A stretch of DNA of 64,000 nt from Rhodothermales bacterium (GTDB lineage Bacteria; Bacteroidota; Rhodothermia; Rhodothermales; JAHQVL01), in contig CBDHHF010000016.1 of NCBI GenBank assembly GCA_965263205.1, positions 1,878 to 65,877 of the forward strand, written 5' to 3'. A program made the position numbers and the translations under genes. The stretch's first letter is position 1; the number at the start of each line of letters is the position of its first letter. This document shows, piece after piece, positions 17,480 to 25,425 of the stretch. Under the pieces are notes generated by a model. It worked only from the letters and a program-made list of their open reading frames with translations, had not been told where the DNA came from and searched no databases.

Positions 17480-17603
17480 AACACGTAGTAACGGCATATC
17501 ACCTTTTTACAACTCACTGATTCACTTCAGATGCACCCCGTTGGCTCATTGAGATTCTTCAGGCTGTTTCCAAGGGTATTAGTGAAGAATTTCAAACAAT
17601 AAT
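17480..17603 (+). promoter_or_regulatory. Conserved csp 5' leader (copy 1)
   Basis: Blocks AACACGT.G, ATCACCTTTT, AACTCACTG and GTGAAGAATTTCA are shared in the same order with the leader of the second csp gene (18713-18842). Confidence 0.55.
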
Positions 17604-17813
17604 ATGGCACAAGGTAAAGTAAAATGGTTCAATGTTGAAAAAGGCTTCGGCTTTATTGAACCTAACGATGGTAGCAAAGACGTTTTTGTACATCGTAACA
17701 ACGTTGATGGACTTGGTTGGGATGATGGTCTTCGCGACGGTGAAGAAGTAGAATATGAAGTTGAGCGCACACCCAAAGGTTTGGCCGCAATGAACGTTCA
17801 GCGGATGAACTAA
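17604..17813 (+). CDS. cspA: CspA-family cold-shock protein
   Basis: 69 aa. RNP1 KGFGFI and RNP2 VFVH motifs in the context [20 protein letters not shown]. Confidence 0.95.
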   Translation: MAQGKVKWFNVEKGFGFIEPNDGSKDVFVHRNNVDGLGWDDGLRDGEEVEYEVERTPKGLAAMNVQRMN

Positions 17814-17840
17814 GAAGGATTGTACATACAAGTTTATTGC

Positions 17841-17877
17841 AAAAGCCTGGTCTTCGGATCAGGCTTTCTTTTTTTGT
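17841..17877 (+). terminator. Rho-independent terminator of csp copy 1
   Basis: Hairpin AGCCTGGTC-TTCG-GATCAGGCT followed by TTCTTTTTTT. Confidence 0.75.
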
Positions 17878-17898
17878 AGTCAGTTTTCAGTGAACGCT

Positions 17899-18546
17899 TT
17901 AGCGAAAGGTGCATTGTGCCCCTGCCGGCGGCTTAACGCCTACAACAACCTCCCCGCAATTTTCGTCGTATACCGAACAGTAACAAAACAAAAAGCTGTA
18001 GCGGTTGATCACTTCATCGCGTACGGTACCCGGGGGCCAACCTGGCAATGAATCGCCCTCGGGGACATAGAGCCTAAACAACACATGTATCGTATTGGTC
18101 GCGAGCAACTCGCCAGCACCCCGCGTATGTACAAAAGACCCTGTGGGGAATGGCAGTGCGTTGACCTCATCGAGAAAGCCGTTGAAACTGAATTGTCCTC
18201 CTTCAGCTAACGCATCGTATATCTGCTGCCCATCTCGAAAGACCGTTAAGTTTTTGATGACCGCCGGTCCAAGTCCCGTATTTTCGATGCCATACGTAAT
18301 AGCATAGCGACGTTGGCTGGCCTGTTGAATCATCTCTTCTGATGCTTCAAGATGGGGTAATACTGAAAGGCGGTTGTAGCGCCGGCTTTCCCTGCCTTCC
18401 CATATTGAAAGACCTATGGCAGCAAGTGCAACGATGATGGTAAGGATGTTGGCAAGTACCTGCAGCGTGGGGCCGGCGTTTTTTGGAGAGGGTGCCGGTT
18501 TTTGTGGAACAGGTTCGGGGGTATGGGATGGAGCAGGAGATTCCAT
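17899..18546 (-). CDS. Hypothetical membrane-anchored protein
   Basis: 215-aa ORF with one N-terminal TM (ILTIIVALAAIGLSIW) and a Cys-containing C-terminal domain. I recognise no family. Confidence 0.5.
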   Translation of the reverse strand: MESPAPSHTPEPVPQKPAPSPKNAGPTLQVLANILTIIVALAAIGLSIWEGRESRRYNRLSVLPHLEASEEMIQQASQRRYAITYGIENTGLGPAVIKNLTVFRDGQQIYDALAEGGQFSFNGFLDEVNALPFPTGSFVHTRGAGELLATNTIHVLFRLYVPEGDSLPGWPPGTVRDEVINRYSFLFCYCSVYDENCGEVVVGVKPPAGAQCTFR

Positions 18547-18633
18547 GGAAAGCGCCGGGCCGTGTAACTCAGAATCAAGAGAGAGCTAAGGTACTCTCGG
18601 CCACCAAATTACACAACGACTGGTGCCGATTAT

Positions 18634-18666
18634 AAAAAGTGCAACGAAGGTATTTGCACTTTTTTG
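18634..18666. other. Perfect 8-bp stem hairpin flanked by an A-run and a T-run (terminator-like) in a divergent promoter region
   Basis: AAAAAGTGCAA-CGAAGGTAT-TTGCACTTTTTT. No convergent gene ends here. Confidence 0.5.
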
Positions 18667-18712
18667 GAAAGTATTTTTAAGAACCTGCGTATTATCGCGA
18701 ACCACTTTGATC

Positions 18713-18842
18713 TTAACACGTTGTTCATAATTCATCACCTTTTATTAAACTCACTGTCGCGAAACTGTGCTGACCCGAGAGGCTGTGAGGTTCTTCCAAC
18801 TGTGGACCGTTTCACGTCGGTGAAGAATTTCAGCGTACTATT
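18713..18842 (+). promoter_or_regulatory. Conserved csp 5' leader (copy 2)
   Basis: Same ordered sequence blocks as 17480-17603. Confidence 0.55.
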
Positions 18843-19052
18843 ATGGCAAAGGGAAAAGTAAAGTGGTTTAACACTGAAAAAGGCTTCGGCTTCATTGAAC
18901 CTGATGAAGGCGGCAAAGATGTATTTGTACATCGCAACAACATTGACGGTCTCGAATGGAATGAAGGGCTCCGCGATGGGGAAGAAGTAGCGTACGAGGT
19001 AGAGCGGACCCCCAAAGGATTAGCTGCTATGAATGTGCAGCGTCTGGACTGA
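18843..19052 (+). CDS. cspA: CspA-family cold-shock protein (paralogue)
   Basis: 69 aa, [24 protein letters not shown]. Highly similar to the copy at 17604-17813. Confidence 0.95.
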   Translation: MAKGKVKWFNTEKGFGFIEPDEGGKDVFVHRNNIDGLEWNEGLRDGEEVAYEVERTPKGLAAMNVQRLD

Positions 19053-19080
19053 TTCTCGTAAACATATTTTCCTCATCCCG

Positions 19081-19107
19081 GCCCGGTCAGTATGACGGGC
19101 TTTTTTT
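19081..19107 (+). terminator. Rho-independent terminator of csp copy 2
   Basis: GCCCGGTCA-GTA-TGACGGGC followed by TTTTTTT. Confidence 0.7.
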
Positions 19108-19201
19108 GTTGCCGTACTTTTTTATCGCCCTACTTTTTTGTGCTCCGGCTTTTCTGTTTATTGAGGCATCGACATTCCCCACACTTTATGTCCCGGCACT
19201 C

Positions 19202-19834
19202 ATGAAGCGAAAGCACCGTTTTCCTGCCAGTACGAGCGCTTTGCCGGCGTTACTTTTCCTCCTGATTGCTGCGTGCAATGCGCCGGCTGCTGCACCCCAA
19301 CAACAGACAGCCTCTGCCGAACAAGCTGCCAATCATCCTGCACAATTTGGTTTTGGGCGCGCGGCTACACCCGAAGAAATTGCTGCCTGGGATATTGATG
19401 TCATGCCTGATGGCACTGGATTACCTCCCGGCGAAGGTTCGGTAGGGGAAGGGGCCGAATTGTATCGACTGCAGTGCGCTGCCTGTCATGGCGCGACCGG
19501 CACGGAGGGGCCTAATGATCGGCTTGTTGGGCAATTACCTGATGACACCTTTACCATGCACGAGGATTTGTCTGCCCGCCGGCACAAAGCTGTAGGGAGC
19601 TACTGGCCGTACAGTACCACGCTGTTTGATTACATCCGGCGTGCGATGCCCCATCCAGCACCCGGTTCGTTGGAAGACGCCGAAGTGTATGCACTCACGG
19701 CATACATCCTCCACTTAAATGGGTTGGTAGATGCTGATGCAGTGATGGACGCATCGACGTTGCCGGCTGTCGAAATGCCGGCCCAGGCCCTCTTTATTCC
19801 GGATGACCGCCTCGACTACGATGCCGTTCACTGA
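19202..19834 (+). CDS. Mono-haem c-type cytochrome (SoxD/SorB-like partner of sulfite dehydrogenase)
   Basis: One CAACHG haem-binding motif. Signal peptide after MKRKHRF. I chose the start at 19202 because the longer ORF overlaps the csp terminator. Confidence 0.75.
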   Translation: MKRKHRFPASTSALPALLFLLIAACNAPAAAPQQQTASAEQAANHPAQFGFGRAATPEEIAAWDIDVMPDGTGLPPGEGSVGEGAELYRLQCAACHGATGTEGPNDRLVGQLPDDTFTMHEDLSARRHKAVGSYWPYSTTLFDYIRRAMPHPAPGSLEDAEVYALTAYILHLNGLVDADAVMDASTLPAVEMPAQALFIPDDRLDYDAVH

Positions 19835-19912
19835 GCATTATGTCCCTGCGCATTATCTCCCTGAACATTGCGAGCAACGCATAGATAACCTTCACCTGTA
19901 AACTCTGAACCG

Positions 19913-21184
19913 ATGCAGCCTAAGAAACCCGTTGGGCCACAGCCTCCACAGGAAAAGAAATTAACCCGCCGCGCATTGCTGGCCGGCCTGGCTGGCGGTT
20001 CAGGCGTTGTGCTTACGCAAACGGCAAGCGGACGCATGGTACAAACAGCGCCCCAGGCAAGGCCTGTAGCGCCCGAAGATCCCACAAAAGTGCAGGGGCC
20101 ATTACCCAGTGAACTTGGTACCCGGTCACCGTTTGAAACGCCACGGCGCTATCCATCGAGTACGTCGTCGAGAACCCCGCTCGGTTATCTACATGGCACC
20201 ATTACGCCATCCGATTTACACTACGAGCGACACCATGGCGGTGTACCTACCATTGATCCGGAGCGGTATGAACTCCTCATCCATGGCATGGTCGAGCGGC
20301 CAATGAAATTTACGCTGGCTGATCTGATGCGCTTCCCGGCCGTTTCGCGTATTTGTTTTCTGGAATGTTCGGGCAATTTGTGGAGCACAGCGCCTGAGCA
20401 AACGAGGCCGGGGCAGATATGTGGCTTGACGAGTCAGAGTGAATGGACAGGTGTTAAGCTCTCTACCCTGTTTCGTGAGGTGGGTGCCGATCCTGAAGCT
20501 ACCTGGTTTTTGGCGGAAGGCTCCGATGCTGCAGTCATGACACGCAGCGTACCCATGCACAAAGGATGGGAAGATGCAATTTTAGCGTATGCACAGAACG
20601 GCGAGCCGATTCGGCCGGCGCACGGCTATCCCGCACGACTCGTGCTGCCGGGTTGGGAAGGAAACGCCAACATCAAGTGGATTCGGCGCATAGAAATTGC
20701 CGATCGTCCGTTTATGACACGAGAAGAGACCTCCAAGTATAGCGAGCCGGTAAAAGGGGGCAAGATTCGTCAGTTCAGTTTCATTATGGACGCGCGATCG
20801 ATTATTACTTTCCCGGCTTATCCGGCAGTGATTGAACCAGGATGGGTAGAGATTCGTGGGATTGCCTGGAGTGGTCGCGGGCGGATTCGTCGGGTTGAAG
20901 TCAGCACAAACGGCGGCAACATGTGGCAGCCGGCTGAATTACAGGGGCCTGTACTAGACAAGGCGCATACCCGTTTTAGGCTGCTGTGGCATTGGGATGG
21001 GCAGGCAACCGAAATAATGAGCCGCGCCATCGACGAAACCGGGTATACCCAACCCACGCGTAAAGCGTTAATCGAAGCGCGGGGTGTGGGAGCTGTGCCT
21101 TATCACCTCAATCCTATAACCGCCTGGCAAATCAAAAAATCCGGCGATGTGCTATTCCGCGCCGAACCATGGGGCAAGGGGTAG
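19913..21184 (+). CDS. Molybdopterin sulfite dehydrogenase/oxidase-family catalytic subunit (SoxC/SorA-like)
   Basis: Tat signal (TRRALLAGLAGGSGV). Oxidoreductase Mo-binding region with the conserved Cys context (FLECSGN). C-terminal dimerisation-type domain. Confidence 0.85.
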   Translation: MQPKKPVGPQPPQEKKLTRRALLAGLAGGSGVVLTQTASGRMVQTAPQARPVAPEDPTKVQGPLPSELGTRSPFETPRRYPSSTSSRTPLGYLHGTITPSDLHYERHHGGVPTIDPERYELLIHGMVERPMKFTLADLMRFPAVSRICFLECSGNLWSTAPEQTRPGQICGLTSQSEWTGVKLSTLFREVGADPEATWFLAEGSDAAVMTRSVPMHKGWEDAILAYAQNGEPIRPAHGYPARLVLPGWEGNANIKWIRRIEIADRPFMTREETSKYSEPVKGGKIRQFSFIMDARSIITFPAYPAVIEPGWVEIRGIAWSGRGRIRRVEVSTNGGNMWQPAELQGPVLDKAHTRFRLLWHWDGQATEIMSRAIDETGYTQPTRKALIEARGVGAVPYHLNPITAWQIKKSGDVLFRAEPWGKG

Positions 21185-21235
21185 CTTAAGGTCCGCAAAC
21201 CCCTGTCGAATGCCTTAGTGACAAGAACCAGCCAG

Positions 21236-21871
21236 ATGGGGGGCGCAATGTTACATTCTCTTGCAAAACATATGCTGGAGCTACTGCTCGTAGCCGGCGT
21301 ACTGCACACAGCACCGGTTGCAGCACAAGACGCAAGCCCGCAAGCCAGCAATTTTTCACTACTGAGTGCAGCCGGCGAAGATGTGACGCTGGCCCAATAC
21401 CAGGGGAGCTACGTGGTGTTGGAATGGATGAACTTTAGATGCCGTACCGTTGATGCGCTGTACAAAGACCATACGCTTCCCGCAATGCAGGCAGATCTTA
21501 AAGAGCAGGACATTGTATGGCTATCCATTGTCTCAGAAGCGCAGGGTAAGCAGGGGCAAGTGGCAACGGATAAAATGCAACGGCAGATAGAAAAGCGAGG
21601 AGGACAACAGACTGCGGTGTTGCTGGACGTAACCGGTACAGTTGGGCAAGCTTATGGGGCCATGGTTTCACCCCATATGGTTGTGATCAACCCTGAAGGT
21701 GAAATCATCTACCAGGGAGCCTTTGACAATCAGCCGCCAGGAATAGAACCCGATCCAGATATGCCGGCAACCAACTATGTCCTGGATGCACTTACAGCAG
21801 CGCAAAACGGGGAGGAGGTGACGTATCCAATCACTGAAGCGTACGGGTGTCCGATTCGGTACGAACGGTAG
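21236..21871 (+). CDS. Redoxin/thioredoxin-fold protein with a single Cys at the CxxC position
   Basis: Signal peptide. AhpC/TSA-redoxin-like pattern FSLLSAAGEDVTLAQYQGSYVVLEWMNFRCRTV. The start could instead be the GTG at 21218. Confidence 0.65.
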   Translation: MGGAMLHSLAKHMLELLLVAGVLHTAPVAAQDASPQASNFSLLSAAGEDVTLAQYQGSYVVLEWMNFRCRTVDALYKDHTLPAMQADLKEQDIVWLSIVSEAQGKQGQVATDKMQRQIEKRGGQQTAVLLDVTGTVGQAYGAMVSPHMVVINPEGEIIYQGAFDNQPPGIEPDPDMPATNYVLDALTAAQNGEEVTYPITEAYGCPIRYER

Positions 21872-21880
21872 AAATTAGAA

Positions 21881-21912
21881 AACCCAGGCTGCTGGGGACA
21901 GGCCTGGGTTTC
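21881..21912 (+). terminator. Putative terminator
   Basis: AACCCAGGC-N12-GCCTGGGTT with a weak T tract. Confidence 0.45.
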
Positions 21913-22212
21913 CTTAGGTTCTTCGAACCCGCATAGCTTAAGACGTCAATAAAGTATGGTAAATTAGCCTTATCTGCAAGTTTGGCTTAATATTTTTTTG
22001 TTGTAAGCGCTTTTTCCTGTGTAATAAAGTAATATTTTCTGTATTGCGCAATAAAATAAAAGCGCTTCCAGAAAAATAACTGCCGTATTCTTGTAGCTTG
22101 GCATTGCTTTTGAAATAGTGGTTTTTGTCCTCCCGGCTCATCTCAAAAATAGATTCTGATTATTGCTTTGCTGGCAGGACGCTAAATCCCCATCCAATCA
22201 AAGCTACTTTTC

Positions 22213-22596
22213 ATGTCTTCATACCCGTCTCCCCGGCGGCAGCGCGACAAACTGATCGCAATGCGTGATGCTGCTGCAGGTGCTTTTGAAGCAGCAAGAC
22301 ATAAACATATCAGGTTGCTTGGCAAAGCAGAATCGATTTCACTCGACTATATCGCTGGCGTTGCGACGCGCGCGCAAGTACGCGTTGCCGTTTCGTCATT
22401 GTATGATATGCGCGTAAAGGTCCGCCAGGCGGCACATCGTGTGAGGTCGTACCAGGACATGCTGGATAAAATTGCAATCCGTGAGGCGCGAGAAATCAAG
22501 GCCCGCGCACTTCAAACTCAGATCGAAGCCGCTGCTACTCGCCCGTACATTTCCAGGCCCTACATGGAATTGCACACCGTGCCTCAGGGAGCTTAA
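22213..22596 (+). CDS. Hypothetical helical protein
   Basis: 127-aa ORF, Arg/Ala-rich and predicted helical. It follows an AT-rich region. I recognise no family. Confidence 0.4.
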   Translation: MSSYPSPRRQRDKLIAMRDAAAGAFEAARHKHIRLLGKAESISLDYIAGVATRAQVRVAVSSLYDMRVKVRQAAHRVRSYQDMLDKIAIREAREIKARALQTQIEAAATRPYISRPYMELHTVPQGA

Positions 22597-22834
22597 AGAG
22601 GAAGCATCGCATTTCTTTTGCATTATTCTGGAGTCTGTCTCATGCTTCAGGATCGTGCAATGCTTGAAGATGTTGCACTGAAAAATAGTGTGTTTACGCC
22701 ATGCGCGACGGGGCCTTCATGAGGTATCTTGTTGCACGACCCTTCTCGATGGTCACCGCGCTACAGGTATCTCATTGCAAGTATCTCTGTATCGCCGTGC
22801 CACTCATCTCTTTTCTGTCTTTGCTGTACGTCCC

Positions 22835-23482
22835 ATGTCTTACTCAGCAACAGTGGTGTGGCTTGTAGATGCGAATGAAACGCGCGCTCAGGAAATAAGC
22901 AGCCTTATTAATGAAACTGTCGACATTCGTTGTGCGCGGCAGTTCGATGAGCTCGCTGCGGTCCATGATTTTGTCACATCAGGTGATACCTGTCACTGGC
23001 CCGACGTGCTGCTAATTTTTGCACCGGCTAACGGCGATGAAACCGCGTATCTGGATCTCATGATTATCCTTAAACGGCTGAAACACCTGTGGCCACCCGT
23101 GTCGTGTGTGTTAGCTGATGGGTCTATGGACCGCCGGCTCATGGTTGAAGCCATCCATGCCGGCGCAAATGGCGTCATCGCAAGCTCGCATCCCTATGTA
23201 AAGTTTGTGCGTGTGATACGACAAGCAGCAGCTGGTGGCTTATGGATGGATCCCATGTTGGCCAGGTATACTTCGCATGTGCTCAACGATGCGGCGGACG
23301 AACAGGAGTCCGCCCAGCGTTTTTCTACAGAAACCGCGTTGTTGCTGGCTTTTATGGCAGATGGGGTCACGGAGCAAGAAACTGTTGATGTCCTGCAGCT
23401 TAGCCGGCGCAACATTCAGCATTCATTGGGACAAATCTATCGGGCACTGCATCGCGTAGCCGGATTTCATTTTGTCGCCTGA
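22835..23482 (+). CDS. LuxR/FixJ-type regulator with degenerate (pseudo-)receiver domain
   Basis: Receiver-like fold (VVWLVDANE..DVLLIFAP..) lacks the phospho-acceptor Asp and the conserved Lys. C-terminal LuxR HTH (..GVTEQETVDVLQLSRRNIQHSLGQIYRAL). Start trimmed to the ATG at 22835. Confidence 0.65.
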   Translation: MSYSATVVWLVDANETRAQEISSLINETVDIRCARQFDELAAVHDFVTSGDTCHWPDVLLIFAPANGDETAYLDLMIILKRLKHLWPPVSCVLADGSMDRRLMVEAIHAGANGVIASSHPYVKFVRVIRQAAAGGLWMDPMLARYTSHVLNDAADEQESAQRFSTETALLLAFMADGVTEQETVDVLQLSRRNIQHSLGQIYRALHRVAGFHFVA

Positions 23483-23577
23483 CTCCTTCAGGCTACTCGT
23501 TCCCCACTATTGGCACCCATTGCAGGATACGGTATATTTGACACCGCGTAGTGTTTAGCGCTATGTAACGTTATTGC

Positions 23578-24738
23578 GTGATTATTTGGCTTGCGTTGGG
23601 CAGTGCAATGGGTGGTTGGTTTCTTGTTTACCAGATTGTCTTGGGCATAGGCGCCGTGCAGGGGCTGGTGATGGGGGTATTGCTCTGGCAGCGATCGAGT
23701 CCGCGCTATTACGCCAATCGATTCCTGGCGGTGCTCCTTGGTTTTTTTGCTTATCGCCTGGTTGCTGAATTATTGCGTGGTGCAGGGTACGGCGGTCCCG
23801 ATCATTTGCTTTACCATTTTCTGCTCGAATTCAACTGGCTCTACGGCGGCCTGTTATTCTTCTACGTCGCCTGTTATCTCGATCCCAAACGGCGCTTGCA
23901 GCGTAGCGACTGGGTACACCTGGTGCCGCCGGCCATTGAGTTTGTGATTAGCAACTACGTGAAGACGCAGAACTTCTACTGGGATGGCACTCCTGAGAGT
24001 TTGAGTTGGCTTGGCCGGCAAGCCTACATGCTCTGGAATCACACGCCCATCCAGATTGTTGTGTTTTGCGGGCTGATTCTGGGCTATGGATGGTATGCAC
24101 TGCGGTTGTGGCGCGCTCATCAGGACACAGAGGACACCGGTGGAGCACTGCCGGCTCGTTGGTTGAACGGGTTCATCTTGATTTACCTCGGGTTTGCGGT
24201 CTCGATGATCACGTGCAGTTTTGTAGATTACCTGTTTTTTGACTTCGCTTTTCAGCCGTTTTATGTATATCCGCTTTATGTCGGCATTGCAGTGCTTACC
24301 TATGCATTTGGACTGGCTGGTTTTCTGCACCGCAACGCGCCCATCAAGCAGTCCCGACGCGTCGATATCGAGGGCTTAATCGATGTGGATGCAGCGCTGG
24401 AACGCCTGGAGCACGCGATGGAAAAAGAAAAGCTTTACTTACAAGCCGACCTGACCCTGCAATCACTTGCCACAGCGATTGATATTAAACCCTATGTGCT
24501 CACCCAACTCCTCAACACTACGGTCAACAAATCTTTTACTGAATATGTGAACGCGTATCGTGTAGCTGAGGTGGTTCGACTCTTCGGGAAGCCGGCGTAC
24601 GCAAATTATACCCTCACAGCCATTGCCTTTGAAGCCGGCTTCAACTCGAAAGCCACCTTTAATCGGATATTTAGAAAAGTAACCGGTAAAACGCCGGGGC
24701 AAGTAAGAGATGAACAGACGTCTCATCTTTCCAATTGA
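23578..24738 (+). CDS. Membrane-anchored AraC-family transcriptional regulator
   Basis: The N-terminal half has multiple TM helices. The C-terminal half has the AraC HTH pair (..FTEYVNAYRVAEV.. / ..AIAFEAGFNSKATFNRIFRKVTGKTPG). Confidence 0.8.
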   Translation: MIIWLALGSAMGGWFLVYQIVLGIGAVQGLVMGVLLWQRSSPRYYANRFLAVLLGFFAYRLVAELLRGAGYGGPDHLLYHFLLEFNWLYGGLLFFYVACYLDPKRRLQRSDWVHLVPPAIEFVISNYVKTQNFYWDGTPESLSWLGRQAYMLWNHTPIQIVVFCGLILGYGWYALRLWRAHQDTEDTGGALPARWLNGFILIYLGFAVSMITCSFVDYLFFDFAFQPFYVYPLYVGIAVLTYAFGLAGFLHRNAPIKQSRRVDIEGLIDVDAALERLEHAMEKEKLYLQADLTLQSLATAIDIKPYVLTQLLNTTVNKSFTEYVNAYRVAEVVRLFGKPAYANYTLTAIAFEAGFNSKATFNRIFRKVTGKTPGQVRDEQTSHLSN

Positions 24739-24852
24739 GACCACAAACGACGTCTCATCTTTTTAATTGTGGCGAAATGCCCTCGTATGGCATCGTACCC
24801 TACCAGCAGAAACTGTTAACCTTCATTTGTTAAACTTCAACTGGTAAACACG

Positions 24853-25251
24853 ATGCGTACTTCTTCTTTCTTTAACCGTATGCTTTCCATCGCTGCTTTT
24901 GTTAGCCTCTTTGTTTTGGGTACCGGGTTTTCCTCAAGCCCACAGGTTGCATCTGAGCTTGAAGGCACCTGGCTTATCGATTTACGGCCTGAACCCAATG
25001 CTGCCCCTTACATCCAGCGCATGGTAATCACCTCTACGAAGGGGAATAAACTCCAGGGTACGTTTTACGACAGCAAAATCATGAATGGCAAGATCAATAC
25101 CTCGTGGGGTAAAGTGGTTTTTGCGTTCACCACCAGAGACGGCAGCGGGGATTACCACACCGTTGGTACACTGGAAAATGGAAAGCTCACAGGCACAACC
25201 CATTCGATCGGTCGCGGCTTTGTCTCTCCATGGACTGGAGAGCGGAAGTGA
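24853..25251 (+). CDS. Hypothetical exported protein
   Basis: Signal peptide and a 132-aa beta-rich sequence. I recognise no family. Confidence 0.5.
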   Translation: MRTSSFFNRMLSIAAFVSLFVLGTGFSSSPQVASELEGTWLIDLRPEPNAAPYIQRMVITSTKGNKLQGTFYDSKIMNGKINTSWGKVVFAFTTRDGSGDYHTVGTLENGKLTGTTHSIGRGFVSPWTGERK

Positions 25252-25425
25252 GGATCCTACAGCCAACCAAACGCCGCGCCGTATCCTTTACTGCGCGGCG
25301 TTTGTCGTTTTTGTAACCCTTATGGCATTTGGGGCTTCAAAAAAAGCAGCATGATACATTGATTGTCGGCACGCTTGCAGTTAACATCTATAGACCACGC
25401 GCTACACGTTAACCTGTTTGATGCC

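Noticed and set aside
19106-19201. The longer N-terminal extension of the cytochrome c ORF (MLPYFFIALLF..).
   Set aside because: It begins inside the T tract of the csp terminator. The internal ATG at 19202 gives a normal basic-hydrophobic signal peptide.
21938-22141. A 67-aa minus-strand ORF in the AT-rich spacer.
   Set aside because: Its Lys/Asn/Leu-rich composition simply reflects AT-rich DNA. It spans the long inverted repeat, and I recognise no start context or family.
23511-23524. TGGCACCCATTGCA, perfect sigma54 -24 and -12 hexamers, 54 nt upstream of the membrane AraC gene.
   Set aside because: The GG and GC are separated by 8 nt instead of the strictly required 10, so it should not function as a sigma54 promoter. 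It is probably a chance or degenerate site.
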